64,000 bases of DNA from Blastocladiella emersonii ATCC 22665 (GCA_025594325.1 JANHCV010000008.1:186001-250000); one strand, 5' to 3'. Counted from the first letter of the stretch, positions 32,338 through 45,166 are shown. Notes: a model not told the origin generated them from the letters alone. Translations and numbers: made by a program.

Positions 32338-33727
32338 GTGGGGGTGAGCAGCAGGGGGGCTAAGTGGGGGTGAGCAGGCCAGCCAAACCGTTGTCCCCGA
32401 CCTCTGCTGCAGGTCACACGTGAGCTGACCCGCTTGCTTTGTTCCAGCAGCTCGGGTCACTTTGCCTCGTGGCGGCACGGGCCTTTCACCTCACCCACGT
32501 GTCCCCCAGCGCCCCCACCCTTCAGTTGTCGATCGCTCGCACTCTTTCTCTCTGAAATACGTTCGCCCTAACACGTTGATCATCTCTTGGAACTCACGTC
32601 CCGCTACGGCTCGGCCCCGCCGACCAGGCGCCGCGCGGCCACCAGCTGTCCGCCGACCTCGCCGCCCCCGCTCTCGCGCAGCCTTCCCCGCTCGATCTTG
32701 AACTCGTCGCCCTCCCCACTCGCACCTACCGACGTGCAGGCGGGGCTCGCGGCCCTGCTGATGCCCGTCCTCGCTACAGACCTGCCCCACCCTCCCTTCT
32801 GCCCTCGCCGACTCTGCCCCGCTCCTTGGCCTTCGCCCCTGATCCGCTCGCCGCTCAGCTCGCCGTTCGCCGTTCGCCGTTCGATCGAACGCCTGAGCGC
32901 GCAGCCGCTACTTGCATGGTCAGCCGGCACTTGGGGCTCTTGAACTTGTGAGCCTCGTCGTGTGCCACGTCGTCCAGCCCACGCGCATGCACCGACCTGA
33001 CCGCCACCCTCGTCTCTTCGCTCCCCTCGCGTCTCTCCCTCCCCGGATCCGCTCCCGCCGCGCCAGCTTGCGCCCTAGAGCGCTTGCGAACCTCTTCGCG
33101 GTGGTCGTTGGACGTTGCTGCGCGGCATTTGCTGGCGACGGCCGTGGCCATGCTCGACCGCCTCGTCCGTCCCTTGCTCGTGATGCTCCACACCTCGCCC
33201 TCGCTCCATCTCGCAGCAGCCGCTTGTATTTCTCTTCGGTTCGTTCCCTGCCGATCTCAACTCGCAATGTTACATGTCCGGATCGCCGCCGCGACGACTT
33301 GTGCAGCAAGTCCAAGTCGCTGCTCGCCCTTCATGCCCCCTTCGCGTGCTGTCACCCTTCGGACACGCTACCCACCAACGCTATCGATGCCCTCGCGCCG
33401 CGTGCGTCGTGATCCGCACGGCTCCAGGCCCACCGCGTGCGCGCCCTTCCGCAGCGAGTCGCATCACGGCCCGCTACCTCGTTCGCGACTTTCATCCATT
33501 CTCACGCGCTGCACGGCCCACGAAACTCGGATCTGAGTTGCTACTTTATGTGAGCGCGAGTATGGCCAACCTGAGGCCCAACCGCAAGCGGATCGGACGA
33601 CCATGATTAACGCAATATAGGTGTGAGACACTTTGATAAATCGTGGGCGGTGAGTTGACACGAAACGATTGGCTCCCCGACCAGGGGTGCTAGTGGGGTG
33701 TGCGAGCCCGAAGGGCGAGCGAGTTTT

Positions 33728-35080
33728 TCAGTTCGGGGTTTCTCCGACACAGGGAGCGATTTCTCCGACACGCGTCGCGCGGTCAAAAACTCCGTACATG
33801 ACCACATACCGCCCCATGGCATAATTCCCAACGGGCGTCTCCAGGTAAACCGACCAGTACCACCCACCAATGAAAATAGGCGTGGTCTGATGCAAACCCG
33901 ACGACCAGTTGTACTCGATTACGAAGTTGAACGGAATGCGCAAGCAGTGGTTCCGAACCGTCGTGATGACCTTCATGGTTGCCGCGCCTGCGTCGGGAGC
34001 CAGTTCCACAATGCCGTAATTGATCACATCCTCCGAGCTCTGCGGCGGGTCAGGGTACCCGTCCGCGCTCCTGCGCTAGCTGTCCGTGCCAGACGCTAGC
34101 ACTGACGCGCGGGGCGCCGTGGCCTCGTACGCGCGAGCTTTCACGCCAGCTAGGAAAACGCTATCTCGGACGGCAAGCGGGCTTGCGCAAACACGGCGGA
34201 GCGACAGATCAGCCATATTCGCAAAGTGAGCGACGCGAAGGATGTCGGCGGGGGCAATGTCAAGATCCGCAAGAAACTCGAAACGCGTGAATTCCGACTG
34301 CGCCCAGAACTCGGGCGCGACAACGATACGGCGCACGAGATCGTGAGGGCAGTGTACAAGTCCCGCCTTGGTGACAGGGTGCGGGCCGAATAACTGGAGG
34401 TGCGCGATCGTGGCAACGAGGTGCGAGGCGATTGGGTCGGGGAAGCTGTGCTCGAGGCAGCTGGTCATGACGCGCGCGGCAAGCGGTGGGAACGAATCGT
34501 GCGCGGCGTCCTCGATCGAAGCGTACTTCATCAAGCGGGAGGTGTAAAGGTCAAAGTATACGGCCGCGAGCTGCGGAACGTCTATGGAACGGGGACGGGT
34601 AAGTGAGAAAGTGAGCCGGGGAGTTGCCGCCACGTCCACGAACGAAAGTACGACGCCGCGTGGATGGCGTCAAGCAAGTTCGCGTGGTCGATGCGCGAAC
34701 CGAGAACCTTGGCGCACCCGCCGAAAAGCGCAACGATAGCCGACTCCCACGCATAGACAGCACGAGCCAGACCATCGTCTTCGCCAACAGCTTCGCTGTC
34801 GTCGGGCAACGTAAACTCGAGACGAAGCGAGCACCCGTCGACAGGCGCGTGCCACGCGTCGCTCAGCAGCGCCGCGAAAAAGGGGCTCTGCACGAGTACA
34901 GCGCGGTGGAGAGCGTAAACGTGTCCGTGGAGCAGTACGGTGATGTCCGTCTGGTCGCCCGAGACGGCAAGCTGCTGGAAGTGGCGGACGGTGGGCACTT
35001 CGCCGCGCACTCGCACTCGGCGACAAGCGTGTCTTTGAAAGACGGTGTTTTTTTTCATCCGTTGCATCAAGTTGTTCCAT
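33728..35080 (-). pseudogene. Second BTB/BACK/MATH-like paralog, disrupted
   Basis: MEQLDATD start parallels MDQPDATD; TDITVLLHGHVYALHRAVLVQSPFF; frameshifts near an A8 run; in-frame TAG 34078-34076; PIFIGGWYWSVYL. Confidence 0.7.
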
Positions 35081-35639
35081 GTTTTTATGTGGGTGTCTTT
35101 TGGGATGTTGGAGAGAGGGAGCGGGCGTTCGTGCGGCGGCCGACCTCGCGCCAGCTGCCCTGGTCCCTTCGTCTCTTCACGGCCGCTTGCAGGCACGGCC
35201 GTGGCCGTGGCCGCGGGCTCTCACAGCGCCGGGACTTGAAACGCAACCACTAAAGCGTCTCTGTAACCTCTTCTCGTCCGTATGCCCACGTGTTGAGAGC
35301 GGGACCGCCGCGTTCCCCGTTCCAGCCCGCAGCTGCGCCGTGACGCGCTCCGTCCTCCCACACGAGCTGGCAGACGCGCGAGGCGTAGCGTACTTTGCGA
35401 TCTGGGTCCGGAACACCTGAGCGTCGAGCGTGCCGATGTCGCGGCTGCGAGGGCGATGCGGTGAAGGGCAAGGCTGCACGCAGATCAGGTTGCAGATCAG
35501 CGCAAGGAAGCAGAGCGCGGGACGGGGCACGGACTTCGGTGAACTCCACACCGGCTAGGTCAGGGAGGGAGGAAGCTGTAGCCGAGACGTCGCATCACGA
35601 TGAGCTGTGCAGCCGTCAGGGGGGCGGTTGAGCGCGAAC

Positions 35640-36070
35640 TCGGCGACCATTCTCACCTCGCTGACCACGGTCAGCGACCACGCTCACCTCACTGACCACG
35701 GTCGACGACCAGCGACCTCGGCGCGTCCAGTCGCTGTCGCGTCCAAGTTCCTGTCGTTGACGAGCTGGTGCTTCGAGCTCTCACACTAGACCGCGACAAT
35801 GTGGGCAAGGTCTGCTAGTGCGCTGCTCGAGCGACTGCTTGCCGCCGACCCGCTCAGCGGCCTCACGTCCCGCGTCGACGGCGGGATGGCTCTCAGCGCG
35901 TCGCTCACCGACCAGCTCAGCGACCAGCGACTACTCAGCGACCTCGCGTCATGCCTGGCTCTCGCCTCTCACTCGCACGCGAGATCGCACGGACGTAACC
36001 CAAGTCCATAGCTCGGGCGCGACTTGAGCGACCGCTTGCCGACCAACCGCTCAGCGACCTCGCGTCGTGC
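35640..36070. repeat. Low-complexity region of short imperfect repeats
   Basis: CTCAGCGACC several times and CTGACCACGGTC twice; no convincing ORF. Confidence 0.4.
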
Positions 36071-36158
36071 GAGTCAAGCTTCCATCTCCCTCCAAGCCCT
36101 CGCGCACAAGACCATCGACTACTGTACCAAGAATCTACTGCTATATTGTGCAACTTCT

Positions 36159-39123
36159 CTACTCCTCGCCACTATGCCCCGGCGACGGAACCGCATCATC
36201 ACCTTCTTCCTCCGTCGCACTCCGCTCCCTCGCCCCCACTTGCCGCGGGGACACGCTCCGCGCACGCGAATTCGCGCTCGCCCGTGCCGCGGCATACAGC
36301 GCAATGCGGGCCTCCGCAACCTTGGTCGCGAGCGTATCGATCCCCCCAAACTGCGCAAGCGCGGCGCGGTGGAAGTCGACGGCGTACAGGCTGCGGATCG
36401 CGGCGAGCAGGCGGCGGGCGACGGGGTCCGGGATATCGGCGAGATCGGTTTCCGCAAGATTGGGGGAGGGGAGAGGGAGGGAGCCGTACGACAGGCGGAG
36501 CAGGGCGGCGAGCTGGGCGGGGGTCGGGTCCGGGTTTAGGTGTTCGGGGGTGATATCGTCATCGGCCGCCTCGTCATCGGTCGCGGCGGGCGACGGCGGG
36601 CGCACGACCACGTCGTCGGACCCGGGGAGCTCGAGGACGACCGTGAACGGGTCCGACACCGCGACGACCGTGTGCGACTCGTCAAAGTGCAGCCGCGCCT
36701 CGTACACGCCAGGCGTCCAGACGAGCGCCGCGTCCTCGAACGTGACCTTGCCCGCAACCACGGGCACGCCGGCCGACGAGGGGACCGTCGGCGCCGACAC
36801 GGGCTGCGCGGGCGCGGCCTGCGCGTTGTTGAGGTACTTCCAGTGGCCGTGCGACGAGACGGGCGTGACGGCGAGCCGCTGCGTCGTCTCGCCCGCGCCG
36901 TTGACGCGGTACAGGGCGATCCAGTCGCGCCGCCCGGCGTGCCCCGCGGGGACGCGGAACTCGACGGTCACGGGCTGGCCGAACGCGAACGTGGGCCCGC
37001 CGACAACGGCGAGCGCGTACGCGTCGAGCGAGGTGCGGGGCGGGAGCTTGGTGACGGCGGCGGCGACGGACGACGACGCTGAGGCCGCGGAGACGGCGAG
37101 GGCCGACGTCGATTCGCCGGCCACCCCCACAACGGCCTGCGACGACGACGCGAGGATGCCCGAGATCGTGGACGTGGCGCGCTCGAGGGTGCGGGGCAGG
37201 GCGTCGGAGACGGGCGGCGGGAGGAGCGGGGCGACGCGGGGCACGACGCGTTCGCGGACGAGTTTGGCGAGCCCGGACTCCTTGCGAACGCGCGACCCGT
37301 ACAGGCGCGTCATGTGCGGCTCCTCGACGGTCTGCAGGAACACGAAGTTGGCGAGCTGCGAGACGAGGGCGAGGGCGAACATGGTCCAGGACCCGGCCAT
37401 GAGGGCGATGCCCCAGAAGGCCGCGTGGCCCATGATCTTCTCGGGGTTGTTGACGAACCGGTAGATGCCCGTGTAGAAGAGGTCCGAGGGGAGCTCGGTG
37501 CGGTCGATGAAGAAGTCGCCGAAAAAGTACCCAAAGTCGCCCAGCACCTCGAACACGCTCATCGACGTCCAGATGTGCAGGAGGATCAGGACCGACCCGA
37601 GCACGTGGCGCAGCGCGACCGTCTGGACCGTCCAGTCGGCGGGGATCGAGTAGTTTTTCCACGCCGCGACGCCAAACGACACGTACAGCATGGCGATCGA
37701 CAGGTTGTAGATGGCCTTCCAGTGCTCGAACGCGTCCTTGTTGGTGGCGCCGAACCGGATAAAGTGGCGCGTCCACGCCTTGGTGCGCGACTGCTGGTAC
37801 AGGACCGCGCCGAGGATGCCCGTGTGGAAGACGATCCACGCCATGGCCTGCGCGGTCGCGAACCCGGGAGTCCCGAACAGCCCGGCGAGCAGCGCGTAGG
37901 CCCCGATGATGAGCGTGAACAGGTCGGGCGACCGGCACACGTCCATGTTGCGGAACAGGCCGACGAGGTCGCGGCTGAAATAGTTGCGGAAGACGCGCAC
38001 GTACTGCGGGTTCGAGAAGATGTGGTGGGGCAGGTGGCGGTCCTTGCCGTACGTCTTGAAGATGTGCGGGTTCTCGACCACGGTCAGGAACGCGAGCTGG
38101 CCGAGGTGCGCGACCAGCGACACGTAGAGGACCGTGTAGCTGCCCGTGATGAGCGACACGCCGTAGTAGCCCGCGTACCCGACCGAGTACATCGGGTGCG
38201 GGGCCATCTCGAAGACGCCGTCGAAGGTGAGCGACGGGTTGTTGAGCAGGAAGAAGAAGTCGCCCCAGTACCACGCAAAGTCCTTGACGACGCGGTGCGC
38301 GTCCACCTTGACCCACAGGTTGAAGACGACGATCAGCAGGCCGCCGACGACGCGCAGCAGGTCCGTGAACCCGAACGAGTAGCTCGACGTGTCCCAGTAC
38401 GCGACGAAGAAGATGCAGTAGGTGCCAAAGTCGTTGATGAGGACCAGGTCGACGATGGAGCGGAACAGGAGCCATGCGTTGAACTCGACGGGCATCGCCT
38501 GTACGTTGTCGGGTTGCGAGTCGTCAGCGAGGTCCGCGCGCAAGTGAAGAGAGAGAGAGAGAACGTACGTCAAACTGGTACGTGAACCCCATCTTCTTCT
38601 CGAACTCGCGCTTGAAGAAGGCGTGCGCGGCGGGGTTCTTGTTGGCGTCGAACAGCCCGTGGTCGTTGACCTGGCGGATGAGCCACCCCTCGTCCGACTG
38701 GTGCTTGAGCAGCCAGCCGAGGCCGACGTTGTAGGCGACGCGCCAGAAGAGGAACAGGAACAGGAAGAAGACGCGCGGCACGGGGACCAGGAAGAACACG
38801 GCGATCTGCGCGGCCAGGACGGCCAGCGTGATGTGGTCGAAGGCGTTGGACTGCGGCACGCGCCCAGAGGGGGAGGAAACGCGGGGGCGCAGGTTGCCGA
38901 AGACGGACGTCAGCATGTCGCTCGTCTTGGGCATCTCGAAGGTGGTGCCGTTGGCCGTCACGCCGTCGAGCGGCTTGTCGTCGGCCGGCTCGGGCGTCGC
39001 GGCGCGCTCGGTTGTCGATGCATGGGGTGGTGTCGATTCATGTGCGGCGGGATGGCGCTGGCGCAGGCCGGTCGGATCCGCCGTTGCCGTCGCGGCGGCG
39101 GTTGAGGGAGGAGCAGCGCTCAT
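36159..39123 (-). CDS. CHO2: Phosphatidylethanolamine N-methyltransferase, join(39123-38569,38498-36159), 964 aa
   Basis: MPVEFNAWLLFR, AWYWGDFFF, FEMAPHPMYSVGYAGYYG, FFGDFFI and IYRFVNNPE motifs. 70 nt intron GTACGT...GCTGAC...CAG. Confidence 0.95.
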
Positions 39124-40059
39124 GGCGGAGAGTGCTACGCGACGAGGCGGATGTGCGTGAGTCGGACACGCGCGCAGCGAGGCGAGCGAGACACGGCAGC
39201 GTACCACGCAGGCGAGCGAGCGAGCGAGCGAGCAAGACCAAGAGCGACGAACGGCGGGAAGTGCCGTGAGGAGAGAGAGAGGGCGGCGGGAAGGCGACAA
39301 CGAGAGAGCGGCGGTCCCCAAGACGCGGGCGGGGTCGGGTGGGTGGCGAGCGGGCTTTATTCCGCGACGCGTTGGCAACTAGCGTGGCATTTTTCTTCTC
39401 CCCTCTTGCTCTCGCTTCCCTCACACTCCCCGCAACGAGCCGAGACGCTGGTTTCATGACATCAGCAGCGTAGTCGGTCGCTTCACGGCGACGACGGCGG
39501 CGACGGCGACCTTCCGCGGGCATTTAAGGCGGCGGCCCCGTCCCTCTCGCGCATGCTGAGACAAGCATCCGCTGCCACCCTAGCGGGTCGCGGGTGAGTG
39601 AGATGAAGGGCAGCGGGCCAATGAGCGTGCCGGGGCACAGTCAGCGACCGAGGCGAAGCGCCACGAACGTGACTGTTGGCCAACCAGCGCGCGGCGCGGC
39701 ACGACGCGTCGATGGCGTGCTCGGCGTCTCAGCCTCGAGCTGAAGCTTAGGCCTTTCACCCGGCTTGTTGACCCGCCGGATGGTTCCGGAGCTCCTCGGG
39801 ATGTAAAAGTGGAGTCAACGAGCGTGCAAACCGACCGAGCGGACGCGCGCCTATCAGCTGCGAGAAGGAGTGGGTGTCTCGCAGTCTGTCTCGCACTCGC
39901 GCTCAGCGTGTCCCACGCGGTGACCATGACCAACAGCTTCCGTTCTCACCACGTCGCGCTGCTTCTGCTTTCTGCTGCGCTGCGTCGTGCTCCGCGTCGT
40001 ACGCGTCGATCTCACGCTGAACCTATCCCGCGCGGTGATCGCCATGAACAACTTCTATT

Positions 40060-40692
40060 CTACTCCGCCGCCACCTCACACATCTGCGCCGCAACCCGCT
40101 CCGCGACATACCCGTCGACCTCGGCACCATCCCCTTCGCCGCTGCCGCCCTCCGTCCGTAGCACCGTGCTCGTGTCGCCCGAGAACCACGCCTCGAGGCT
40201 AAACTTGTCCCCCTTGAGCAGCCACGGGAACCACAGCGGGTCGTCGGCCCACATCTCGTCGAACGGCACCTCCTCGAACGCGAACCACGCGGGCCGCATC
40301 TCGTCCGTCTCGAACGGCGGCTCCCCGGGCTGCCCCGCGAAGCGGCCCGCGTCCCACTCGACCTGGTAAACAGCGACGTGGAAGATGCTGCTCGGCGCGT
40401 CCGGGGCGCCGTCGGCGGCGAAGTCGAACCACAGCGTGCCCGCGCGGACGAGGTCGCGGGAGGGGTCAGCGACGAGCAGTCCGCACTCCTCCTGCAGCTC
40501 GCGCGCCGCGGCGTTTGGGAGGGACTCGCCCGGCTCGAGCTTGCCGCCGAACCCGTTCCACCGGCCGGCGCCGAACCCGCGCTTCTTCATGCCCAGCAGC
40601 ACGCGGCGGTGCGGGGTGTCGGTGACCAGGATCAGGGTGAACTGCTTGAGCGGTTTCGCCGGTTGGGCGAGGATCATGTGCGGGAGCTTCAT
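40060..40692 (-). CDS. NUDT1: Nudix hydrolase, MTH1/NUDT1-like 8-oxo-dGTPase
   Basis: VLLGMKKRGFGAGRWNGFGGKLEPGES...ARELQEECGL, EMRPAWF and MWADD..WFP. Confidence 0.9.
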   Translation of the reverse strand: MKLPHMILAQPAKPLKQFTLILVTDTPHRRVLLGMKKRGFGAGRWNGFGGKLEPGESLPNAAARELQEECGLLVADPSRDLVRAGTLWFDFAADGAPDAPSSIFHVAVYQVEWDAGRFAGQPGEPPFETDEMRPAWFAFEEVPFDEMWADDPLWFPWLLKGDKFSLEAWFSGDTSTVLRTEGGSGEGDGAEVDGYVAERVAAQMCEVAAE

Positions 40693-40947
40693 GGCGTTGA
40701 TTCTATGCTTCGTGAGGACGAGGAGAGGGTAGTGGGAGAGCAAGGGACCGATCGCTTCAACGTCGAGAGAGGCCCGCGCGACTAGCCCACGTGATGCGCG
40801 TACACACGCCCGCGCCGCGGCCGCGCTCGGCCTGCTCCCCGCGGCCGCGTTCTCACACACGTCGCCCTCCCCCTCTCTCGTCCCCATCACACCAGCACCT
40901 TGCACTTGCACATGCATCTCTAATCAATCAACCACTCAACACCTACC

Positions 40948-42574
40948 ATGCAAACTCGATCCAAAGGCGCCGCGCCCGCGCCCTCCGCGCCGCCGCCCAC
41001 CACCCCGAAACGCAAACGCACCACCGCCTCGGCCGTCGCGTCCGCGAAACCCGACTCGCCGCGCATCTCCCGTCGCCGCCCCGCCGCCCGCGTCGCGAAA
41101 GCCGACCCGGCCGTCACACGCGCCAAGTCGCCCGCGGCGTCGCCACGGACATCACCGACGGCGGCGGGGAAGCGGAAGCCGAAGCCCAAGGTCGCCGTGC
41201 GCGTGCCCGCCAAGGGCAAGAAAAAGGCGGCCGGTGTGATCATCGACGTGGTCCCCGCGCCGCCCGAGATGATGGTGGTGGCGGATGAGATGGCGATTGC
41301 GCCGGCGGCGGGCGAGATTAGTGGGACGGCGATGGATGTCGATGAGGCCGTCGCGGTGCAGCCCGAGCCGGAGCCGCCAAGCGGCGAGGTCGCCGTGACC
41401 GAGCCGGCACCGGCGCCCGCGCCCGTCGTGCAGCTCAAGTCGGCGCTCAAGCACCCACCACCATCTTCGTCGTCTTCGACGGCGACAACGCCATCGCGGC
41501 CGCGGAAAAAGGGCAAGCTCGCGCGCAAGTTTGTGCAGTTCGTCCCCGCGGCGCAGCTCGAGACGGCCTTCGAGGTGCCGAGCAAGGCCGAGTACAACCG
41601 CGGCGTCACGGACGGCGACTGGTGGATCCAGTTCGAGCGTACGCTTTTCGGTTCCTCGCACTGGGTGCTACGCACCACTGACCCACTCACCCACCGCCAT
41701 CGTAGAGAACAAGATCGGCCACGCCGAGACCGTCGACGTGTACTGGCAGCTGGACGTGTACAAGCTGTACGAGATGGTCCCGACGATGCCGGCCTGCGCG
41801 CAGGCGACGGTGCGGTTCGATCTGCTCAAGACGCCCGCGCAACGCGCCTCGCTTTTGGCCGATCTCGACTACGCCGCGGCCCGCGCCCTCACCTTGCCCC
41901 AAATCCAGGACCGCCTCAACGAGCGCCTCCTCGAGTACGACCCGGCGTTCCGCGCCGTCACGCCCACGCTCCAGGCGTACATGGACGCCCTCGTCACCAT
42001 GGTCATGCCGTACGAGGACGTGTACAACGCGGTCGCCGGCATCGAGCCCGCCGTCACGCCGACGAAAAAGCGCGGCAAGGCTGCGCCCGCCGACCCCGAA
42101 CCAACCCCACCCGCGGGCCCCGCCTTCAACATCCACCGCGTCTTCACCCTGTGGACCGCCGTGCACCCGTCGCTGTGCCGGCTCGCCTCGCCCGCGGCCG
42201 TCGCGAAGGCGTGCGAGGTCGATCCTGGGCGCCTGCGCGAAATCGAGCCGTTCGTCAACACCATGCACGACGTCTACTTCACGCCCCGCGGCGCCGAGCC
42301 CGACCTCGACGCACGCAGGAAGCTCGCGATGCTCGTCGTCATGGCGCTCGGCGAACGGCCGCCGCCCAAGGTCGCGCCGCGCGCTGCGGCAGCGGCGGCA
42401 CGGGCCAAGGCGAAGCCAAGGGCGGCAGCGGCGGGCAAGGTGAAGGCGAAGGCGAAGCCCAAGACGCAGGGCGGGCGCGTCGCGAAAGCCAAGGCCAAGC
42501 CGAAACCCAAGGTCGCGGTCGCGGCGGTCAAGAAGGCCCGCGTGGTGCCGAAGCGGAAAGGGGCGGCGACTTGA
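40948..42574 (+). CDS. Hypothetical protein with basic low-complexity ends, join(40948-41638,41706-42574)
   Basis: A 67 nt intron GTACGC...CTGAC...TAG joins WWIQFEQNKIGH. Strong host codon bias; K/A-rich tail. Confidence 0.75.
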
Positions 42575-42639
42575 CCGATTGATTTGCAATGAAAAAAAGG
42601 ACTTCCACTATTCCACAATACTGTACAAGCATTCCCCCC

Positions 42640-43815
42640 TTAGTCGCGCATGCGGCCGAGCTTGGCGTCGGTGCGGCGCACGCGGTCCGTGACGCCGTCC
42701 GTCTTGCGCGAGATGCGGTCGGCCTGGCGCGACGACGCCTCGATTGAGTCGCCCATGGCCGACGCCATCATCTTGAGCCGGCCGAGCCCCGCCGAGATCT
42801 CGTCGAGGTTGCTGTCGATCTCGCGCTCCTTGTCGCAGTCCTCCTCGCCGTCGAGGTAGTGCGCGCGCGAGCGGCTGCCACCGTTCGCACCCCCAGAACG
42901 GGACGGGTAGTGCCCGGGCGTATGCCGTCCCTCGGCGTCCGCGATCGTCGTCTCCATGGCGCGATGCGCCGCGGCGCCCGCCTTGCGCTGCTCCTCCTTC
43001 TCCTCCTCGAGGCGGCGCTTCTCGTCGATCTCGCGGCGCAGCTTCTCCTCCTTGCGCTTGGACCGCGTGAAGGGGTTGGAGAAGGAGAAGGCGGACGCGA
43101 TGAAGTTCTTGTTGAGGCGCTGCAGGTCCTGGGTCTTGTTCTCGGCGCGGTGCGCGTGGTACTCGGCCTCGGTCATCTTCTGCTCCACGTGCGTCAGCTT
43201 GTCCGTCTGCTCCTGCAGCTTGCGCGCGGTCCCCGCCGCGACCTCCTCGGTCTCGCGGATCCGCCGCAGCGCCGAGCGCGACGTGTCGACCGACTGGTCC
43301 TTGACCCGCTCGATCGCGCCGCGCGTCTCCTGGTACGCGTGCTCCTCGTCCTCGGCGCTGTAGAAGTAGCCCTCGTCCTCGCGCTCGTGCCGGCGACGCT
43401 CGTACGAGGCCGCGGCCGGCGGGTACGCGCCGCCCGCGTTCGGCGGCGACGGGCCGGTGCCGGTGCGCGAGCGAGGGTCGTACCCGCTGCCCTGGAACAG
43501 CTCGTCGCGGCCGCGCTCGTCGTACTGCGGCGCGCGCGGGTACCCGCCCTGCGGCTGGCGCGGCGCGGGGTACCGCGAAGGCGAGGGGGCGCCGTAGCGC
43601 GATGAAGAAGAGCCGCCGTCGTCGTGGCCCAGGTAGCCCGAGTCGGACCGCCCGCCGTAGCCGCCGCGGCTGCCGTAGCCGGACGAGGAAGAAGGGGCGG
43701 GCGCGCCGTAGCGGTCGTCGGCCGGCCCGCGGCTGCGCGAGCGCGAGTAGCCGCCGCCGCCGTTGGAGCTGCTGGAGCCGCCGTAGCGGTCGCCGCCGTA
43801 CTTGCTGCTGCTCAT
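42640..43815 (-). CDS. SEC9: Sec9/SNAP-25-like t-SNARE
   Basis: G/Y/S-rich N-terminus and two SNARE motifs (QSVDTSRSALR...EQTDKL and EREIDSNLDEISAGLGRLKMMA...SRQADRI). Confidence 0.9.
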   Translation of the reverse strand: MSSSKYGGDRYGGSSSSNGGGGYSRSRSRGPADDRYGAPAPSSSSGYGSRGGYGGRSDSGYLGHDDGGSSSSRYGAPSPSRYPAPRQPQGGYPRAPQYDERGRDELFQGSGYDPRSRTGTGPSPPNAGGAYPPAAASYERRRHEREDEGYFYSAEDEEHAYQETRGAIERVKDQSVDTSRSALRRIRETEEVAAGTARKLQEQTDKLTHVEQKMTEAEYHAHRAENKTQDLQRLNKNFIASAFSFSNPFTRSKRKEEKLRREIDEKRRLEEEKEEQRKAGAAAHRAMETTIADAEGRHTPGHYPSRSGGANGGSRSRAHYLDGEEDCDKEREIDSNLDEISAGLGRLKMMASAMGDSIEASSRQADRISRKTDGVTDRVRRTDAKLGRMRD

Positions 43816-44163
43816 GATGGTGATGGGGGTGATGAGGGTGTATGCACTCGCGGAGACGAGGACGACGGGTTGCGGGGGATGCGCGGGTAGCAGCTCGTCG
43901 TCGTGGTCGAGGGGAGGGCACGGCAGCAGGCTACGGCGCCGAGTCGAAGGTGTTGATGCGTGGAAGTGGCGGTGCGCTGAGGAGAAGAGAGAGAGGAAGG
44001 CGGGACGCCGAAGAAGGGCGCGGCGGTGGCGAACGCCCGCGAAGCTGGAGATGAAGCGGCGCCACCCGCGCCACGCCCGCACGTGCGCTCCGCCCTCGGC
44101 TTGCCGACGCGGCGAAGGCTCTCCGGCATCCGCAGTTGTTGTGAGTCGCGAGGCAGATGAAGC

Positions 44164-45166
44164 GTGACACGGCGCAACGAGGAACCCGTGCTCGAGCCAT
44201 GCCGCGGTCCCGTACTCGATCCCCGACCACGAGTCGCTCGCGCGAGAACGCTACCCGCCGCCCGCGCTACCCGCTGGCCGCGACTCGCTGTTCCGGATCC
44301 TCGAGAAGAGGCTGTGCTGTATCCGAACAGTCGTCGCGCGTCTGACCCTCGTCCATGCGGCCGACACGAAGCCCTCAATCGTGTCTGCTTCGCCCGTGCT
44401 TGCCGTGTCAGATTTGCCCATGTCGGACGTACCAGCTTCGCCTTTGCGCACCTCCAGTCCTTCCCCACATGTCAACTGAGTTCCTCAACAGCTTGCACCG
44501 TGCGTTTCGCAAAGTCCGGCTCCCCGTCCAGCCGCTTGCGCTCCACCCACACTTGCCCCTCCGCCTCCATCCGCCTTGCCCCGGCACCTTTGACACTCAC
44601 TGTCCGTTGTGAGCTTCAAAGATGGCGTCTCGCGTCCCGTCCAGCGATTCCGCCTCTGCTCTCGCCGGCCGCGCCTCGACCAACGACCCAGCCCGCTTGC
44701 TACAACTGCTTGGCGCGGCCCTCACCAACCAGCTTGACTCGCTTACCACCGCCTTGCTCAATTCGCGCATTAACGTACCGCACGATGATTACCTCGCACA
44801 AGCGCCGCCTTCCACATCGATGCCGCCGACCCCGCTGTGTACCGGCCGCTGCTCGCCGTCGCGCCCGAGCTCCTCGACTTCCACGCGTGTTTCGTCCGCG
44901 CACTCACCAGCATGCCCCTCGCGCGCCACCTTCGTACTGCAACCCGCATCAAGCGCACCTTCGCCATCATGGTCGCGGACTGCGTCCCCGCGGCAGGCAG
45001 GGTGTCAGCCTTGAAGCTCGGCAAGAAGTCGGGCGCGGCTGTTGATGACATAGCGAGGCGGCTCGGGCGTGGTGTGGTGCGATCGGTGCGGGACGGGCAC
45101 GGCAAGGAAGCCGCGGCGACGATTTTGCGCGGCGCGAATCTTCCGCGAGTAGAGGCAGTGCGTTGA
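44164..45166 (+). pseudogene. Array copy 1, degraded
   Basis: GTG start TRRNEE, LFRILEKRL, STNDPARLL and AVAPELLDFHACF...IKRTF spread over three frames. Confidence 0.65.

Noticed and set aside
32400-33700. Overlapping short ORFs
   Set aside because: No codon bias, motifs or homology within the window.
36067-38585. Long alternative-frame ORFs over CHO2
   Set aside because: Stop-poor shadow frames caused by GC-rich codon bias; no motifs.
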